The notes under the pieces are model-generated. The model was not told the origin of the DNA. It made no database searches and saw only the letters and a program-made list of their open reading frames with translations. Made by a program: the position numbers and the translations under genes. Of a DNA stretch of 64,000 bases, positions 56,816 to 64,000 are shown one piece after another. How positions within the stretch are numbered: the first letter of the stretch is position 1; every line of letters begins with the position of its first letter. The DNA is from the human T2T-CHM13v2.0 reference genome, Homo sapiens. The stretch lies in NCBI RefSeq assembly GCF_009914755.1, contig NC_060925.1, one strand, 5' to 3'.

Positions 56816-57427
56816 CTTAGATTGTATGTGGAAGCATTGGAATCTAGGGGGTGCTCAAGTTTCTTGCTTGGTTTGATAGTGTGGGAAGAGTTGGCATCTG
56901 CGCATCCCTTTGGGAATGTACTAAATTCATCTTGAAAGTCAAGCTTTTTGCTCTCTGCTATTGCACATGCTAGGCGCTGGGAGGCGATGAGCGACTGAGC
57001 ACAAAGCCTGTTGTTGACCTAATGGCAGAGCCAGATCGGGTTAAATCAATGGCAAAAGCGCCATGGGGGAAGTTAGACGTGAAGGTCTTCGACCTCCTTT
57101 CCCCAAGCGGCGTCCAAGCTTTGGACTGACTGTGATGTTGAGCTATGGAAGACAAAGCCCTGAATTTGGGGTTGGGGCAGGACTGCACAATTTAGGAGGC
57201 CTGGTTCTAGTCTACCCACCAGCTGTGTAGACATGGATTCGTCCTTTGGGCCTGCAAAAAGAGAGGCAGTTAGTTCCTAACATCCTTTTTTCCCATCGCA
57301 GAGCAGTGGTTCTGACGTGGCATTGATGCCAGGAGAGCCAACATCCACTTTGCAATGTCTTCTGTGTCCAGAAATGAAGAAATGAATTTCAAAGACTACC
57401 TATATACATCATTTAAAAATGCAAATA

Positions 57428-57752
<325 letters not shown>

Positions 57753-60700
57753 GGAAAGCTAACATAATTTTTTAAAAAGAAACAAAAAGATAAATTATAA
57801 TAAAACATGATGTCTTTCAATATATAAATGTTCAGGCAAGACTTACCAGAAGACATAAATGAAATAGGCAGATTGCTTGCACCCACACATAATATATGTT
57901 TGAATTTAAGAGAAATAGAAGATGAGCCATTCTATGCAAAAACAAAAATCACACACATGCAAGAAAATGAAAGAGTAGCAGGAAGTGAACATAGAATAAA
58001 AACTGTTAGATAAGGAATAACAGACCAGACGTACTTGCATATGATGAGAGGGAAAGCATCTTAATTGAAATAGGGATAACATAGCAAGGCAAATTAGAGA
58101 GCACAAGGTGGAGATAATATAGAAGTATGATGTGCATGCAAAGGAACTCAGTCTTAGGTATGTGTGTATTGTCAAAATAGCTCCCATGGAATGGGGTCGC
58201 CATAGAGTACCACAGACACATCAACCTCTGTCTTGAAACATATCAGCGTTGAGGTAAAATTCAGTCTCTGGGATCTTAAAAGGCCTTAGAGATCACATAT
58301 TTCCAATGGGCAATGGGGGATAGAGGATGGATTGGGAAAAGAAAAGAAGATAAAAGTGGTTTAGAGCAATTGCATGTGGACACCCGGGACAGTGTTGTAA
58401 AGACAGGACACAACATTTCCACACATAATTATGACAACATAGCATCCTTGGGCTCCAAAAAAACTAAACATATAAAGGATGGCAATAATATGAAATAAAC
58501 CCTAAAAACTTTTATTAAGGAAACTCAGTGAGATCTTCTGCATCTCAAGTGTCTCTGATTCCATGTTTGCTTCTCTCACATATCCTCTGTTAAATATTTT
58601 CAGTCAATTTCTTCGTTTATTCAGTATCACCTACTGATCAGAACTGTTTTCAATCAAATACATAGTAGCTGAAATCTTATAATCCTTTGTGTAGACAATG
58701 CATGGAGTAGATTATTCAATAATTTTAAGACAATGTCTTTATTCCTTTTAAGCTTCTGCTCCATAATAACCATCTCCTAACTTTCTGAGTGTTCATGAAA
58801 TTTATTTTTAAAAGCTTACAAAACCTTTTGGTATTACTGTCAATTGAAGTATGACCAACTTTTACTGGTAGTGGGTTTAGTTCAGTTGTACATTCGAAAG
58901 TAGTACAGGATATGGGACAATTCTTTGTTTTGGAAATCTGTCCTGTGCATTGCAGTCTCGAAATGCCAGCAAGAGTTTTGCACCCTTATGATTGAGACAA
59001 CCAAATGCCCCTAGGGGCCAGAATCATCCCTGTTGAAATCACTCGTAGGTTAAGAGCTTCATCCTGGCTTCGTGAAGCCTTGGGCATTTTATTTATCCTT
59101 TCTGTGCCTCAGCTTCTTGGATAATTATAGTACCTATGACTGACATAGAGGATGAGGATTCATGAGTAAATGCATGTGAAGTGCATAGAACCAGGTACCT
59201 GGCACATAGTAAGCACTTAATGAACCACTGTTATTCCTGTTACTGTATAGTTATAATAATTACTATTGTTATTAATGTTATTATTAGTATACTGTTAATA
59301 TGCTTTATATGAAAGACTTCTACTGTCATCTCAAATTGTGGTGCTAAACCACTCCCGCAGGTGTATAAAATAGCAACTGGGGATGCCCCTTCCTGCCCCC
59401 ACCCCCAGCCATGGAACCCACCTGTGAGCTCAGGAGAATTAAACGCTCATGATACTGGGCCCTCCGGGCCTGATTCTCTGGGTACTGGAGCTAAGCCCAG
59501 AGGCGCTGTCCACAACTCATCCTTCTGGAGAGGGACCTTCATAGGGACAACGCCGGGAAGGCTGGTGCTAGTCCTCGACCCATGGCAGTCTCATGACCCT
59601 GCCATGATGAGAAAAGTGTGGGGTAGTGCAGTTACTCCCTGGGCTGGAGGCATAGAAGTGGCAGGGGAGGGACACCTCAGGGATGGCACGGGCCCTGGTG
59701 ATGTCTTCCAGCAAAGGCTGTAGAGCTAGTAAAGGAGGGGTCCTGGAAAACCTTCTCCCTCTTCCCACATCAGGCCCCTGCAGGTGGCCAGGGAGCCTTT
59801 GCAACATCACCACTTCCACTTCCTCACATTTGGAAGTGAATTTGAGTTTTCAAAGTGATTTTCATCCATTTTCTCATTTGTCTTTCTTGAAAGTTCCATA
59901 AGATGGTGGTTAATATACCCATTTTCCAGATGAGGGAACTGAGACTCAAGAATTTAATGACTTGTCCAAATCTTCATGCAGCTAGCAAGGAGCATGTTGC
60001 TAGGGGCAGGAGTTGAGGATGACATGCCACCTTCTCTCATTGGTCTCAGTAACGAGGTGAGGCTCGGGATGAGGAGGGGGACGTGGCGTGGCCCCAGTTC
60101 CCTGGCAGCAGCAGGGTCTGAGGCTTGGCTGCCTGCCTGACCCTGTCGTGCCTGTCTTCAAGAATAAATAAGTGATCATGCAGTTACACAGCTCTGCTCC
60201 TTAAAGGACATTCTGCTATTGCATTTTCATTTACATTTCTCAGCTACTACCCCCTTTTTACAAATCCCAACCTGGCTTGATCTGGTAGGGGATGGAGCAG
60301 GCACCAGCTGGCATCATCTCTTGAGAGGAGGAGGCAGCCCTTGTCGGTGGATGCAGTGATGCCCGGTGGTACTCTGTGGTCTCACATTCCACCTCCTCCC
60401 CAAGCCCTTGCCACTGGCTCTGGCTCAGATGGAGCCTGAAGATAAAGGCTCAGCCCCCCAGAAAGTGACGAGTTCTCCAATATGCATCCCCCTACCCCAG
60501 CCTCTGATGCAGGCCCTCCCCCAGAGCCTACATCTGGTCACAACTCTCCCGGGTTCACAAAGGACATCATCCTGGGGATGTGACAAAATCCAAAATAGAG
60601 TCGAATCTTAAAAATGACCTCCCCCGTACTAGCCCTTAGAAATGGGAACAGGTGTCCAGAATTCAGCTTCAGCCATGAAAGCCAAGCCGATGCAAGATCA

Positions 60701-61434
60701 GGAATTAGAGGAAGCTTGCTTTCTCATCTCTCCTTCTCGCTTTTTCTTGAGCCATCCCTCCCTCGGACAACATGCAGAAGCCCCGCTGAGCCTGCCAGTC
60801 TCCCGGGCGCACCTCTTCTCTTCCACTACCCACCCCACAAAATTTACCAGGCTTCTTGACTCTTGGTCCCCACAGTAAGATTCCAAATTGAGAAGCACTG
60901 GTAAAGCCCTTCACACAGAGTGTCAATACCTGATAACCACAAAACACCTGCCAAGAGAAATAAACCAAAGGGATGGAGGCAGAATGAGAACTGGGGTGGT
61001 CTCATACCTCCCACCAAATTATACAACTTCTTGTAAAGCAGCAATATAGCGCATTGTGTAGTAATCAAGAAAGGCTGGGAATTCATTCTCTTCTCCTGCT
61101 GTCCTGTCCTTTGTATGAGTCAAACCAAGGGAAGGTGCCAGGGCCTGAAGCATCTGATACTGCCATTATACAGAACCTTGGGGCAAACCCTGATCTGGGG
61201 TCACCTGAACTGAAATGATGATGCTGGTGTTGGTAGCATACCCTCGCTTCCCCAGCTCCTGGGGATGGAGGCCAAAAAGTGCAGGCTGAGGCACAGGGGA
61301 GGAAGGAGCACATGTTTTACACCCAGCCTACCTCCCAGCCCCCATTCCCCTTTCCTGCCAACCCCACAAGCTGCCAACCCCACAACCCCACAAGCACCAC
61401 AAGGGCAGACACCGAGTAGGAGACACACACCACA

Positions 61435-61804
61435 TATACAAACCATTCATTTTATTTCCTGTATTGGGTTTATACAAACTTGCAAGATACAAATGCAGAA
61501 CTCACTGGGATTCTTCAGTACCTAAATCTAAAAAGAATGCTGCTGAAAGGGGGAAGCAAACTCTCACCTGTTTCAGTCAGGCCATCCCTCCTCCTGGGGA
61601 GGGGGCTCATTGGCTAGAAAGATGCTAAGGGGATGCTACAGCTGTTTGTCCCCTGACAGAGATTCCATCTATCTAACCTTCACCCTTCTTCTAAGGCCAC
61701 TTTTATGCTAAATAAAGACACTGAGATAATAAATTTCCTTGTACAGTTTATTGTCTAATACTAGCAAATCAAATTGGCCCCAATATGTGCATAAATAGAT
61801 ATAC

Positions 61805-61845
<41 letters not shown>

Positions 61846-64000
61846 ATGTGTGTGTATATCATATTTTTTCTTAGTTTTAAGAGCTGCCAGGTAGAGGGTG
61901 CCTAAAGGGGAAAGGAATTGGTTCCCTCTTGCCGTAGCCAGCCCTGCCCAAGAACATGCCTCTCCCAAAGGCCGGAGAGCAAGTGTGCCACTTGTGCCCT
62001 TAGAAAATCTTCAAAGTGACAGTAGCAGTATTTGACTGCAGCCTCTTGGTTATTGATCATGGAGGTAATGTGCTCATTGAGAAGGCCCTGGATGAATAAT
62101 CAGAGCTTCCCCAGGTGGGTCACTTAGCTCTGGACCCCCATCTGGGCTCTGTTCATTCAGAGCAGGATGTTCTAGGCTGGCGACAGGGTGTCAGTAAATG
62201 CCCCAGGTGGGAGGCCAGGCTTCAAACGCTGGCCAGGAGCTCTGCTCTAGATTCCCAAGCCCTTGATTTCAGACCTAGACAAAGACTTCCATCCTGCCCA
62301 AATCCTTGCAAGGCCAGAGACCCTTTCCCCACTTTGATGGTTGACAAAGGCTAAGCAGCTTGGAAGGCTGAGCTGGCTTAGTTCGGTGCCCCAGTGGCAG
62401 CCTGCTGGGGTAAAGTCCCGGGGGTTTCTTGGGTGAGGTTGAGATGCCACCTTGTCTGTAGGACCCTCCTTGGCCCAGAGGCTGATTTCACAGTCTGGAT
62501 ACCAGACTGAGGTACCATGCCTTTGGTACAGCCCCCAGAGAGAAAGGTTGCAGAGGGGGGATGTCATAAATGTGACCCAGGCCAGAGAGGGATCAAGTGA
62601 AAAGGAGTGTGACAAGTCCAAGGAACTTGTATGTGTCTGTGCTACAGGGCCAGGGATGGCCCAGAGGATCCCAAGCCGCCTCCTCTGGGCTTCGCACCGT
62701 CTCGTACACTGACATCCTTAGTGCTGTTTGGCATAGGCTGCTGTTACGCTGTCTGCTCTTTCCAGCAGGCTGATGAAGAGGGGTAGTCTAGCAGCCCATC
62801 TGGGGTGCATGCCTGCATGGGTCTCCTTTGTGCATACAACTGCAAACAGTTCCTTCCAGAGGATTCACGCCTGACAACCGCAGAGGGTCATCAGGAGCAG
62901 ACAGTGTAATAAAATCCTTAGGCCAGGACTTCCGAGGGAATGCCCTGCCCCCGGCAAGATGCTTTCTGGGTGAGCTCTGGGGACCAGCCCTTTCGTGACT
63001 GGGGAATAGGATGGAAGGAAGCCACTGTGGCAGAGGGACAGGCACAGGGTTGGGACCTAAAGGCAGTTACCCCATCTCCTCACCTCATTTGCCAATTCCA
63101 TTCAGACATTGCACAATTTGAAAATAGATTTGCTTTTTTTAAACAAAAGCATAAAATAGATGTCTTAAAATAAGTCTTTCCTCTCCCCTTCTTTGGATCA
63201 AAAAGGCAAGGGGTATGGTCTTGATATGCTAGGAATGATGTGGAAAATAAGGGAGAGAAAAACAGGCCTGGGCAGGAACTGTAGGAAAAGATCAGACATC
63301 CAAACAAATATATTACATATATAGATCTATAATATGTATAATCTCCATAAAACATATATTAAGGCATGTAAAGCAACATAAAGAGCCAGCTTTATGAAAT
63401 AAGAGATGAGAGAGAGGTGGCAGAGGCGCAGACATTATTTCTTGGTATTTTACATGTATTTCTAAAAAATATTACTTTAAAAAAAAAAAAAGAGACGGAC
63501 AAAGTGGCAGGCATGGAAGGCCCTGAAAAATCTGTTTCCTGTGGAGGGAGAAAGGCTTGGGAGAAAGAGAGAGAGAGGAAATGACCTGGGAGCCAATCCC
63601 ACCTGCCAGTCTGCAGGGGAGAAAGGGCAGGTTTGGGGTGCTTGAACTGTGAAGATGGGAAATACAGCCAAGGGTCACGTTTAAAAAACCTGCTAGAAGT
63701 GAAGATCGGTGGAATCCTCCCAGGCTGTAATCCCTCAGAAACATGAGAATATCCTAAGCACCTACAACAGTGCCTGGTACATAAAAGGTGCTCGATAAAT
63801 ATTTGTTGAGTAAATTGTCATCTTTACTTGCATATGAACCAGTAACTGTCCCAGCCATGAAGGAGTGCAGAGGAATTAGTAGGTGTTCTTGGGACCGCTG
63901 GAAGTCAGGCTGAAGCCTCTGAGCGGCAACTCTAGCAGAGAGAAGGCCGAGGGGCCACGGTGTCTTCAGTTTCCCTCCTTCCTCCTCTCTGGCTACATTC
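61435..64000 (-). other. PLEKHA6: Probable distal 3' UTR of PLEKHA6
   Basis: Repeat-poor UTR-like sequence; minus-strand AATAAA at 61451-61456 with GT-rich downstream sequence, and a second at 61747-61752; gene identity from known synteny only (no CDS in the window). Confidence 0.6.
61805..61846. repeat. (GT)n(AT)n compound microsatellite
   Basis: Seen directly in the sequence. Confidence 0.9.

Overview
Human genomic DNA, recognisable as the 1q32 REN-KISS1-GOLT1A-PLEKHA6 region. All genes lie on the minus strand. The window holds REN exons 1-5 with the proximal promoter and the -11 kb renal enhancer core, the complete KISS1 gene (138-aa allele), the complete GOLT1A gene (132 aa), and probably the distal 3' UTR of PLEKHA6. 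The exon boundaries were checked for GT-AG and reading frame. The less obvious content is: (i) a ~5.7 kb degenerate ERV1-class provirus ~0.5 kb upstream of the REN start site, with two LTRs, a 4-bp TSD, pro/integrase/env relics, a nested MER4-type fragment and an AluYb8, which overlaps the recalled positions of the renin chorionic enhancer and alternative first exons; (ii) a NOPCHAP1/C12orf45 retrocopy; (iii) a decayed, apparently full-length TRIM60-like pseudogene in GOLT1A intron 1; (iv) a ~1.07 kb higher-order CA-rich VNTR in KISS1 intron 1; and (v) small structural and regulatory motifs. I see no convincing wholly new biological system. The best leads are ERV exaptation at REN, the hidden pseudogenes and the VNTR. 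Repeat subfamily names and literature positions come from memory and need RepeatMasker/Dfam and literature checks.
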